From a virus, in the IMG/VR virus record IMGVR_UViG_3300042896_000657, positions 49,981 through 113,980 of that record: a stretch of 64,000 nt of DNA; one strand, written 5' to 3'. A program made the position numbers and the translations under genes. Each line of letters starts with the position of its first letter. Positions within the stretch are counted from its first letter, which is position 1. Shown one piece after another: positions 36,745 through 44,546 of this stretch. The notes below the pieces were generated by a model. That model ran no database searches. It was not told the DNA's origin and was given only the letters and a program-made list of their open reading frames with translations.

Positions 36745-36939
36745 ATGAAAACAATAAAATTTATCTTATTTATCGAGTTCGTAGCACTATTCGTTTGTGG
36801 TGCTTGTCATTTAGTAGCATTTTTTACCAAAACGGGATTTCCAATATCAATGTATTGGATTATACCATCAATTGTATTAATATGCTGTTTATTGGCAATT
36901 TTCATTATAGCACCTATTGGGGAGTGGTTTCTTTATTAA
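36745..36939 (+). CDS. small 2-TM membrane protein
   Basis: Follows CACTAACCAAAC leader repeat. Confidence 0.6.
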   Translation: MKTIKFILFIEFVALFVCGACHLVAFFTKTGFPISMYWIIPSIVLICCLLAIFIIAPIGEWFLY

Positions 36940-36984
36940 ATTCACCATAACCCAATCACTAATCAAACATAAAAACCAAAAATA

Positions 36985-37326
36985 ATGATAAGAATAAATG
37001 AACTAAAACTAAATAATCTAATAACATACTCAGGAACTAATACGGTGAGAGTGATGAATATTAGTAATACACATCTGGGGGTAGAGAATAATAAAATCCA
37101 GAAATATAAAAAAATAAAGAAATTTAATCCAATACCATTAACGGATGAATGGTTGATGAAATTAGGATTTAAACGAATAGTGAATGATTGGTATTATAGA
37201 GGTGTGTTTGTGCATACTAGGAAACGAGGGTATGTGGTGAGGAGGTCGATGCCACAAGTGGAGTATGTACATCAATTACAAAATGTATTTTTTGTATTGA
37301 AAGGTAAGGAATTGGATGTAGTATAA
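36985..37326 (+). CDS. conserved phage hypothetical (PIPLTDEWL...YVHQLQN)
   Basis: Recognisable Bacteroidota phage family motifs. Confidence 0.75.
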   Translation: MIRINELKLNNLITYSGTNTVRVMNISNTHLGVENNKIQKYKKIKKFNPIPLTDEWLMKLGFKRIVNDWYYRGVFVHTRKRGYVVRRSMPQVEYVHQLQNVFFVLKGKELDVV

Positions 37327-37329
37327 TTA

Positions 37330-37735
37330 AATTCGTTAGAGTAATGGTAAAATAAACGTTAATTCAACGAGTGTTAATGAAATACATAGTAGTGTGCGAG
37401 AAGTGATAAGAGTTTTGTAAAAGTTAGCACTTTTGTGTGAAATTGCTACATAACGTATTATATGTGATGTGTGACAAACAGTGTTTTGTGTAACGAAACA
37501 AGAGTTTCGGGCGCCCGAAACGATAGTTTAGGGTAATGAGAATGCGTATGGTATGTGGAATGTTGTTAGTGTGTGGTATTGTGCGTAAAAATATATACCC
37601 GAACTTTCCCCCGCCACTCCCCCAACTCCTCGTCGACAAAGTATATACTTCACCGCATAATCGTTGGTTTTATTGACGTCCCTACGCGATTTTGTATAAA
37701 CTTGTGTTGTAAATAAGCACTAATGTGATTATTGC
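37330..37735. other. non-coding island with strong compositional skew
   Basis: TG-rich then C-rich, no credible ORF, GTATATAC palindrome. Confidence 0.6.
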
Positions 37736-37765
37736 TTGTCGCAATTAATTTTGTACATTAATGGT

Positions 37766-37942
37766 ATGGAAACAAACGAATTTTTTGCATTATTATTTTT
37801 ATTATTCAATTTATTTTGTTATTTATTTAAAGATAAATACATTTTGTGTAATAAAGCGTGGTTTGTGCTAAAAGCATTCTGGATTGCATTAGCTGTTGTA
37901 CTTGCAATTGGTTTTGTTAAGGATCAATTTAAAAATAAGTAA
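37766..37942 (+). CDS. small membrane protein, probably leaderless
   Basis: ATG right after promoter motif. Confidence 0.6.
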   Translation: METNEFFALLFLLFNLFCYLFKDKYILCNKAWFVLKAFWIALAVVLAIGFVKDQFKNK

Positions 37943-37944
37943 TT

Positions 37945-38270
37945 TTTTACACAACATATTGCGCTTTCACCCGCGTCCCTAGCAATAGGTGTGTAATTTT
38001 GTGTAGGATTTTGTACAAGTGGTTTTGTATAATAATGGTTTTGTACACCAAATATGTAATATATTGCGTTTATGCGCGTTTATATAAATAAGTTTTGTGT
38101 AGAGTTTTGTATAAAGGACCCCACCGCAAAATAAATCGCGGTTTAAATGCGATTTTGTACGCGTAAATAGTTTTTTACAAAGAAAATAAAGGACCCCACC
38201 GCATTATTTTATAAGTTTTGTATAAAGAATTTTGTATAAATGGGTTTTGTCCAAATTAGTTTTGTACATT
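37945..38270. repeat. TTTTGT(A) multimer and 18-bp direct repeat
   Basis: About 10 TTTTGT copies; ATAAAGGACCCCACCGCA at 38111 and 38186. Confidence 0.75.
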
Positions 38271-38276
38271 AATGAT

Positions 38277-38732
38277 ATGAGAGTAATAGAAAAAGATACT
38301 AGATTTGGTCCACGTAAAGCATACACAAACGTAGAACCATTATATAAAATGTTTACCAAAGGTATACGTGTATTACCAGCACCATATTTTGAGGATCGTA
38401 AAATTATGTTTACTTTTGTTGCACAACACGATCCAGGAACACCTGGTTGGTTAGAAGGTGGATATGAAGTGGCTGGTCCAACAGGTGATTTTAGAGCATA
38501 TTATTTAGACCAGTTAATATTACATCCAGAAATAATTAAACGTCGTCACAAAACAGATATTGAGACGAACAAGTCCGGCTTGAAGCGCGGGCGCAAAGGT
38601 GGGGAACCAAAATTCCCTAAAGTAGGTGGAACAGGAAAACGTGGTAGGCCATCAGTTGATCCAGCATTACGTAAGAATAAACCTTATGTCGCAAATGGTC
38701 TACCACGGGGAAGGCGTAAGAAAGTAGAATAA
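38277..38732 (+). CDS. AT-hook-containing DNA-binding protein
   Basis: KRGRK, KRGRP, PRGRRK at C-terminus. Confidence 0.7.
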   Translation: MRVIEKDTRFGPRKAYTNVEPLYKMFTKGIRVLPAPYFEDRKIMFTFVAQHDPGTPGWLEGGYEVAGPTGDFRAYYLDQLILHPEIIKRRHKTDIETNKSGLKRGRKGGEPKFPKVGGTGKRGRPSVDPALRKNKPYVANGLPRGRRKKVE

Positions 38733-38777
38733 GTTTTGTCCAAATCAATTTTATATATTAATGGTATGGAAAAAGAT

Positions 38778-38990
38778 ATGAAAACAAAAATCGAAGAATT
38801 AAGAGAATCAATTGGTAAAATAATGTCACACAACTACAGCCCAATACTTAGAGCAAAGTTAGTTAAAGTGAATAAAGTAACTTGTGTACTTGAAGTAACT
38901 AAAGGTGAATATGTTAAAGATAAAGATTATACTATAGGTATGAGATTTAAAGATAATGTAAGCCATACTTGGAATGCTTTATATTATTAG
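38778..38990 (+). CDS. early hypothetical protein
   Basis: GATATG start after promoter motif (alternative start 38766). Confidence 0.6.
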   Translation: MKTKIEELRESIGKIMSHNYSPILRAKLVKVNKVTCVLEVTKGEYVKDKDYTIGMRFKDNVSHTWNALYY

Positions 38991-39040
38991 TCAGAATCCC
39001 TTTAGTACATTAATGATATAGATAATTAAAACAAAACGAT

Positions 39041-39244
39041 ATGACAAACGAACAAAGCCAAATTTTAAGTAAATTAATTGATGCTAAATGGGATTCAGAC
39101 CACCTAGAATCTTATCACGAACGTGATATTGCACGTCAGAATTATTATAATTTAAAACGTGAATTAGTTGAATCAATGGGATTAGATGAATTTATAGAAT
39201 TTATGAATATGGGAGCAAAAATGTTCGCTCCGGCACAATCCTAA
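39041..39244 (+). CDS. early hypothetical protein
   Basis: Own promoter cassette. Confidence 0.75.
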   Translation: MTNEQSQILSKLIDAKWDSDHLESYHERDIARQNYYNLKRELVESMGLDEFIEFMNMGAKMFAPAQS

Positions 39245-39273
39245 TTGTATATTAACGTATAAGATAAAACGAT

Positions 39274-39438
39274 ATGAAAACAAATAGAGTAAAAGCATTT
39301 GATTTAAGAGAAGAATTAGAAAATAATCATGGAGTAACTCCAGAAAGTTTATTAAACTATTTAATGGATTGTTGGATGTCAGGGGATGATTCATTACAAG
39401 CAGTAGAGGATTTTAAGAATGATGTTATAAATAATTGA
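39274..39438 (+). CDS. early hypothetical protein (54 aa)
   Basis: Own promoter cassette; below ORF-track cutoff. Confidence 0.7.
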   Translation: MKTNRVKAFDLREELENNHGVTPESLLNYLMDCWMSGDDSLQAVEDFKNDVINN

Positions 39439-39492
39439 TTAATCAGAATCCTAATCGTATATTAACGTATTAGATAATTAAAAAACAAAGAT

Positions 39493-39732
39493 ATGAAATT
39501 TATTAGATTAACAAGCCTTAAAGATTCAAAACCAGTATTTATTAATCCAGACTTTATAGGACATATGTTTAGAGTTCCTGAAAAAATGAGTTATGGAAGT
39601 GTTGATGAAGTAGAACATACAACTGTGGGTGTCACAACTCATAATAATGGAGGATTTAAAGTTATAGAAGATGTAAAGCAAATTCTAAAACTGATTGAAT
39701 TGTCAGAATCTCACTCGTACATTAACGTATAA
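39493..39732 (+). CDS. early hypothetical protein, FlbD-like pattern
   Basis: FIRLT...VFINPDFI...VIEDVKQI. Confidence 0.7.
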   Translation: MKFIRLTSLKDSKPVFINPDFIGHMFRVPEKMSYGSVDEVEHTTVGVTTHNNGGFKVIEDVKQILKLIELSESHSYINV

Positions 39733-39753
39733 GATAATTAAAACAAAAACGAT

Positions 39754-39936
39754 ATGAAAAAATTAGATTACGACACATTAGTAATGATTGAAGGTTTAAT
39801 AGATTTAAGAGATTTAGATTTATTTAAAAACGCTTTAGAAAATATTACAAACGATTTAGAAATGGAAGGTTTTGAATTAAGTGATGTCAAAGCATATTTT
39901 CAATTAATATTAAATGAAATATTAGGAGATCAATAG
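39754..39936 (+). CDS. early hypothetical protein
   Basis: Own promoter cassette. Confidence 0.72.
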   Translation: MKKLDYDTLVMIEGLIDLRDLDLFKNALENITNDLEMEGFELSDVKAYFQLILNEILGDQ

Positions 39937-39987
39937 TCAGAATCCACCTCGTATATTAATGGTATAGATAATTAAAAAAAAAACGAT

Positions 39988-40218
39988 ATGAAAAAATTTA
40001 ACGGTTTCGAAAGTTACAATCTAGTAACAGGTTTAGAATTATTAAGAGAATCTTATTTAGCTGATATTAAAGCAGCTACTGATAAAGGCAAACATCACAT
40101 ATTTAGTGAAAGATTTGCAAATGGTACTATTGATGATTTAATTAAGATTGTTAAAGATAATACTAAAAAGGATAAATACGTATTTAGTCATGAATGTACT
40201 CAATATAAAGAAGTTTGA
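39988..40218 (+). CDS. early hypothetical protein
   Basis: Own promoter cassette. Confidence 0.72.
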   Translation: MKKFNGFESYNLVTGLELLRESYLADIKAATDKGKHHIFSERFANGTIDDLIKIVKDNTKKDKYVFSHECTQYKEV

Positions 40219-40234
40219 TAAAAAACAATAGATT

Positions 40235-40389
40235 ATGTGGGGATTAAATTGTAAATATTATACTAAAACATTTAATTCATTAGATGAATTAATTGAGGAT
40301 ATTATGAGTTAGGAATGGATCCAAATTATGAAATAGTCAGAAATGGAAAAATAACCAGCGAAATGGCTATTGATTTTATTGTATTTTAA
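40235..40389 (+). pseudogene. probable frameshifted small gene
   Basis: MWGLNCKYYTKTFNSLDELIEDIMS* continues in a shifted frame as GMDPNYEIVRNGK...IVF*. Confidence 0.45.
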
Positions 40390-40444
40390 TAGTCAAAATC
40401 CAACTCGTATATTAACGTATAAATAAATAATTAAAAATAAAGAT

Positions 40445-40804
40445 ATGACAAAAGAAGAAACATTACACACATTAAGAACCATGAATTTAGTTGGTTCAGT
40501 TTCATTAGGACTTGATAGTGTTATAGCATTGGTTGAGAGTTTAGATTTAATTGAAGTAACTACAGTTAGTGATGAATCTAAAAGTTTAGTAATTAATCAA
40601 TTAATTGAAGAGTTAGATAATGATAACATAGGAGATTTTATGTTAATGCCATCTTCTAATCAAATAATGGATTGTATTGATGATTTTGAAGTTAATATAT
40701 ATGATAAAAGAATTGAACTTGAAGAAATTTATATTGATGAATATAAATTAGCAGAGTTAATTCAAGATGGTGTGAAAAAATGGTTGAATGATAGATTGTC
40801 CTAA
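40445..40804 (+). CDS. early acidic hypothetical protein
   Basis: Own promoter cassette. Confidence 0.75.
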   Translation: MTKEETLHTLRTMNLVGSVSLGLDSVIALVESLDLIEVTTVSDESKSLVINQLIEELDNDNIGDFMLMPSSNQIMDCIDDFEVNIYDKRIELEEIYIDEYKLAELIQDGVKKWLNDRLS

Positions 40805-40961
40805 ATGCGAAGGCTCAGGCTTTCGCTCTGTAGAATCATCCAGCACATATAATGATATAGAATACAATAAACCTAATATACAGGTACCATGTATTGCCTG
40901 TAAAGGTGCTCGTCAAGTTACTAAATTGAAGGCATTTCATATTAATAAGAAATACAAATAG
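40788..40961 (+). CDS. DnaJ-type zinc-finger mini-protein (57 aa)
   Basis: CPKCEGSG...CIACKG. Confidence 0.65.
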   Translation: MIDCPKCEGSGFRSVESSSTYNDIEYNKPNIQVPCIACKGARQVTKLKAFHINKKYK

Positions 40962-41010
40962 TCACAATCCTAATCATACATTGACGGTATAGATAATTAA
41001 AACAAACGAT

Positions 41011-41295
41011 ATGAACAGAGAACTATTTTTAGAAAGTACATTAAGCCAAATTTCACAAGTTTATTCAGGCAAAAATCATAATTGTAGATGTGGTTGTGCA
41101 GGATCTTATACTGCAACTTCATTTATGGATGAACCTAGAGATGATATTAATGATAAGTTAGTAGAAAGAAGATTAAAGAAAGCGAAAGCATTAATTTTAA
41201 ATGGTGCTAATGTTGATTATGCTGAAACTTATGTTAATGTTGAAACTGGAGATAATAGAGCTTTGACATTCTATTTTGATGAAGTAAGAGCTTAG
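41011..41295 (+). CDS. early hypothetical protein (YSG..CRCGCAG)
   Basis: Own promoter cassette. Confidence 0.75.
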   Translation: MNRELFLESTLSQISQVYSGKNHNCRCGCAGSYTATSFMDEPRDDINDKLVERRLKKAKALILNGANVDYAETYVNVETGDNRALTFYFDEVRA

Positions 41296-41337
41296 TCACA
41301 ATCTCTCTCGTATATTAATGGTATAATAAGAAACGAT

Positions 41338-41637
41338 ATGAAAAAAACAAATAAATCAGCAGACGGAACATCATTCCACAACACAATGATTAAAACCACA
41401 ATTGGTGAATTAGTAAGAGTATTAGGTGAACCAACTTATCAACAAAATACAGGTAAAGATAAAGTGAATGTAGAATGGGTTTGTGAAACTATTGATGGTA
41501 ATGTAGTGACAATCTATGATTGGAAAGAATATATTACACTAAGTGAAAATGAAGAAATATTATTTCATTTGGGTGGTCACAGTTTAATCCATACATTGGA
41601 TGGTAAGGATGAATTATTAAGATTATTAGAAAAATAG
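41338..41637 (+). CDS. early conserved phage protein (TIYDWK motif)
   Basis: Own promoter cassette; DKVNVEW, TIYDWK. Confidence 0.78.
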   Translation: MKKTNKSADGTSFHNTMIKTTIGELVRVLGEPTYQQNTGKDKVNVEWVCETIDGNVVTIYDWKEYITLSENEEILFHLGGHSLIHTLDGKDELLRLLEK

Positions 41638-41710
41638 GGTTATGTGTTGTTGTTCAGGATACATAAATGCAAAAGTGAACATGGCGACTCGGAAAGACGA
41701 GTAACAATAT

Positions 41711-41851
41711 AGTCAGGTGGTGAAATTGGTAGACACGCTAATGTAGGCATCTTTAAGATGGACGATTGTACTCCGCAGGTTCACGTTAGTTTATTCTAAA
41801 GAGATATGAGTACACTTAATAGAATTACAGGTTCGAATCCTGTCCTGACTA
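41711..41851 (+). ncRNA. tRNA-Leu-scaffold RNA, copy 7
   Basis: Conserved termini; cargo with crossing TGTACTC/GAGTACA helix. Confidence 0.8.
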
Positions 41852-41946
41852 CAGCAAATTAGAAGTGTCGCAATACGCGTTTCAATCTAATTGATAGACG
41901 TATCAATGAAATATGTTCGGAGGTGAAAATCCTTAGCTTCTAAAAT

Positions 41947-42057
41947 AGTCAGGTGGCGCAATTGGTAGCCAAAAAGGGATGTTGAAGGTAGTAGTAATAC
42001 TCCGCCTCGAACAAGTGTAGGCGACTTTTACAGGTTCGAGTCCTGTCCTGACTACCA
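41947..42057 (+). ncRNA. tRNA-Leu-scaffold RNA, copy 8 (encoded CCA)
   Basis: Conserved termini, ends ACCA. Confidence 0.8.
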
Positions 42058-42102
42058 GGTCGGTTGTAAGTGACATCCCAGAAGTTATGGAACTTTCAAA
42101 TT

Positions 42103-42208
42103 AGTCAGGTGGCGGAATGGTAGACGCTATCTAAAAGATCATATGAAAGGGTGATATAAGACTGAAACGAATAAACCCAATCTACAGGTTCGAGTCCTGT
42201 CCTGACTA
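42103..42208 (+). ncRNA. tRNA-Leu-scaffold RNA, copy 9
   Basis: Conserved termini; cargo complementary to downstream sRNA. Confidence 0.8.
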
Positions 42209-42363
42209 CAACGCGTTTCATATCCGCGTTACAAACGACGAAAGGTCTTCATATCACCTTAGTCACGATGACTTAGTACATGCACCGTTTCATATCCGGT
42301 TTGAGGTTGGAAAAGTCATTTATTTTAATTATCTAAAGCACCTAAGCCGCTCTCGCGGCTTTT
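42209..42363 (+). ncRNA. putative multivalent antisense sRNA against early-gene start regions
   Basis: Three hairpins with loop YTTCATATC; GTCATTTATTTTAATTATCTA; ends in terminator. Confidence 0.75.
42344..42363 (+). terminator. intrinsic terminator
   Basis: AAGCCGC-tctc-GCGGCTT-TT. Confidence 0.7.
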
Positions 42364-42460
42364 GGTGTTGGATTTAACGCATAACACCGTTTATTCAATG
42401 GTGTTCTGTCATAATCACCATCGTACATTGACGGTATAGATAATTAAAACAAACAAAGAT

Positions 42461-42637
42461 ATGAAACTATTAACATTCCCAATCGCGCAATCAAAAAAAT
42501 CAATTTCAATAATTGTAAATTCAAACAAATTAAAATCTGAAGTAAAGATACTATATCCAAACAAAATAATTGTTGATTTAGTTGATTTATTAGTTATTGA
42601 AAAAATGTTGGATCGTAATTACTTAAACTATAGATAA
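42461..42637 (+). CDS. early hypothetical protein (58 aa)
   Basis: Own promoter cassette. Confidence 0.6.
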   Translation: MKLLTFPIAQSKKSISIIVNSNKLKSEVKILYPNKIIVDLVDLLVIEKMLDRNYLNYR

Positions 42638-42670
42638 TCACAATCCACCTCGTACATTAACGTATAAGAT

Positions 42671-42787
42671 ATGAATGATATGAAAACAATACAAATTACA
42701 CAAGATGAAATCCGAATGGCTACAAGGCCTAATGTTTATAGAAGTAAAAAACATTATACACGTAAATCTAAACATAAAACATTATAA
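42671..42787 (+). CDS. small basic protein with ArfA-like C-terminal motif
   Basis: RPNVYRSKKHYTRKSKHK; own promoter cassette. Confidence 0.55.
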   Translation: MNDMKTIQITQDEIRMATRPNVYRSKKHYTRKSKHKTL

Positions 42788-42795
42788 ATAAAGAT

Positions 42796-42999
42796 ATGGA
42801 ATTAACAGAACAACAAAAACAAACAGTATTAGATATTTTATCATTTGCTGATGGTGAGGATATGGAGGAAATAATTGATAGATCTACATTTAAAGATTAT
42901 TTAACAAGATCATTAATTATGGATTGTATAGATGATATAGATTTAAAATATTACTTATCTGAACGTGATGAATTAATTAAAATCTTAAAAAATAGATAA
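42796..42999 (+). CDS. early hypothetical protein
   Basis: GATATG start. Confidence 0.7.
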   Translation: MELTEQQKQTVLDILSFADGEDMEEIIDRSTFKDYLTRSLIMDCIDDIDLKYYLSERDELIKILKNR

Positions 43000-43001
43000 A
43001 T

Positions 43002-43187
43002 ATGTTTGAAGAACAAGTATTTTGGAAAGATGGAGTTGATGGTGAATTTAAGGGTGGAATATTCATTAGAGCATTTGATTTAGTAAAGTTTCTAGAGAAA
43101 GTCGAAGCTGATAGTGAAGGTGGTGAAGTTGTTGGATTAAAGTTTGATGGCAATAATCTAGAGATAATCGTTAAGTCAGAATCCTAA
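43002..43187 (+). CDS. early hypothetical protein
   Basis: ORF. Confidence 0.7.
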   Translation: MFEEQVFWKDGVDGEFKGGIFIRAFDLVKFLEKVEADSEGGEVVGLKFDGNNLEIIVKSES

Positions 43188-43216
43188 TCGTACATTGACG
43201 GTATAGATAAAAAGAT

Positions 43217-43384
43217 ATGAACATAGAAAAAGTAAAGCAAGCCGTAGAATTACAAAAACAAATGAATACTGATATTGATGTATTTGGATGTACTAGTGAG
43301 TATAATTGTAAAATGGTAGAGCGCTTAGTTGATAATATGAGCGATGAAGAAGGCGATTTATTTATAGAATTAATGAATGGATAA
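43217..43384 (+). CDS. early hypothetical protein (55 aa)
   Basis: Own promoter cassette. Confidence 0.65.
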   Translation: MNIEKVKQAVELQKQMNTDIDVFGCTSEYNCKMVERLVDNMSDEEGDLFIELMNG

Positions 43385-43425
43385 TCACAATCCCCCTCGT
43401 ACATTGACAGTATAGATAAAAAGAT

Positions 43426-43662
43426 ATGAATATGACCCAAGAAGAAATTTACCAAGCACAACAAGATCACAAGGAATACCAGAGGTTGATCAACACGGTT
43501 GAAATATTAACTCAAGCAGAATATGAATTCTGTAAGGCATGGGATGATGAGGAAACTTGGAAATACCTATTCGATTTAACTGGTGGTAGATGGTTAAACA
43601 CTAACGTGTATAGTGAGGCTGAGCATCACGATCATATCTATAGAATGGAATGTGGCTTGTAA
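43426..43662 (+). CDS. early hypothetical protein
   Basis: Own promoter cassette. Confidence 0.72.
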   Translation: MNMTQEEIYQAQQDHKEYQRLINTVEILTQAEYEFCKAWDDEETWKYLFDLTGGRWLNTNVYSEAEHHDHIYRMECGL

Positions 43663-43710
43663 TGTCACAATCCATTCAGTATATTAACGTATTAGATAAT
43701 TAGATAAGAT

Positions 43711-43905
43711 ATGAAACAAAATCCAATTAATGTAAGTGAATTAAATGAAGATAGATATGAAATTATTAATAATTTAGTTAATATTGAATTAGTTAAAAAA
43801 TTTATTAATGATGTCGAAGCGTTAGAAATTGATTTAATGAAATCAAATATCCAAGCAAAAGAAATATATCAATATTTGTTAACAATAATGGTTAATCAAT
43901 GTTAG
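43711..43905 (+). CDS. early hypothetical protein
   Basis: Own promoter cassette. Confidence 0.7.
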   Translation: MKQNPINVSELNEDRYEIINNLVNIELVKKFINDVEALEIDLMKSNIQAKEIYQYLLTIMVNQC

Positions 43906-43961
43906 AATAGTCAGAATCACCATCGTACATTAACGTATTAGATAATTAAAACAAAAACGAT

Positions 43962-44192
43962 ATGATCACAAAAACACAATTAAAAGCCGGATTACAATTC
44001 AGGTACAAAACAATGAAATACACACTTAAAGGTGAAGAAGATCAATATTATATTATTGGAGGTGGTTTAATGGGTTATGTAGGTAATGTAGAATCAATAG
44101 GAACCAAGTCATTTACATTATATACCTATGTAATGGGTAAAGCAGTTAAGGTAAAGGTTAATTATAGTGATTGTGAGTTGGTGGTTGAATAA
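43962..44192 (+). CDS. early hypothetical protein
   Basis: Own promoter cassette. Confidence 0.72.
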   Translation: MITKTQLKAGLQFRYKTMKYTLKGEEDQYYIIGGGLMGYVGNVESIGTKSFTLYTYVMGKAVKVKVNYSDCELVVE

Positions 44193-44237
44193 CCCCAATT
44201 CACCTCGTACATTAACGGTATAGATAATTAAAACGAT

Positions 44238-44483
44238 ATGAAAAACGAAATCAATAATATTAGTATTTGTGAATTAATGGATATCATCTTTCCTGGTTAT
44301 TGGGACAAGCAACTATACACTCAGATGTCTTATGATGATGAATGTAAAGCAGTGGGTGAATGGTGTAGGATTAATAATTATGTTCTTTATGAAAAATGTA
44401 ATGAAGATTACTTTGAGTGGGAAGCATTCCAACTAGCCACTACTGGTAGATATGATGGGGTGGTATTAAGTAACTTAAGTTAA
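44238..44483 (+). CDS. early hypothetical protein
   Basis: Own promoter cassette. Confidence 0.72.
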   Translation: MKNEINNISICELMDIIFPGYWDKQLYTQMSYDDECKAVGEWCRINNYVLYEKCNEDYFEWEAFQLATTGRYDGVVLSNLS

Positions 44484-44546
44484 ATGAGTTGCCTGTCAGA
44501 ATCATAATCGTACATTGACGGTATAGATAATTAAAACAAATAAGAT

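Larger units (their letters stand above)
38990..44546 (+). promoter_or_regulatory. array of about 16 early promoter + leader cassettes
   Basis: RTCASAATC-N5-YGTAYATTRA...TAGATAATTAAAA...GATATG near 38990, 39232, 39442, 39702, 39936, 40392, 40961, 41295, 42408, 42637, 43175, 43384, 43664, 43910, 44191, 44495. Confidence 0.85.

Noticed and set aside
16168-42208. CRISPR array reading of the repeat/variable pattern
   Set aside because: Repeats are tRNA halves, copies are dispersed, inserts vary from about 54 to 107 nt, and there are no cas genes in the window.
16168-42208. Group I intron-containing tRNA-Leu genes
   Set aside because: Inserts are far too short, are unrelated to each other, and leave no reconstructable anticodon stem.
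42290-42335. Minus-strand mini-gene MTFPTSNRI* with early-type leader
   Set aside because: No promoter motif upstream on the minus strand, and the terminator is oriented for the plus strand; antisense role preferred but not proven.
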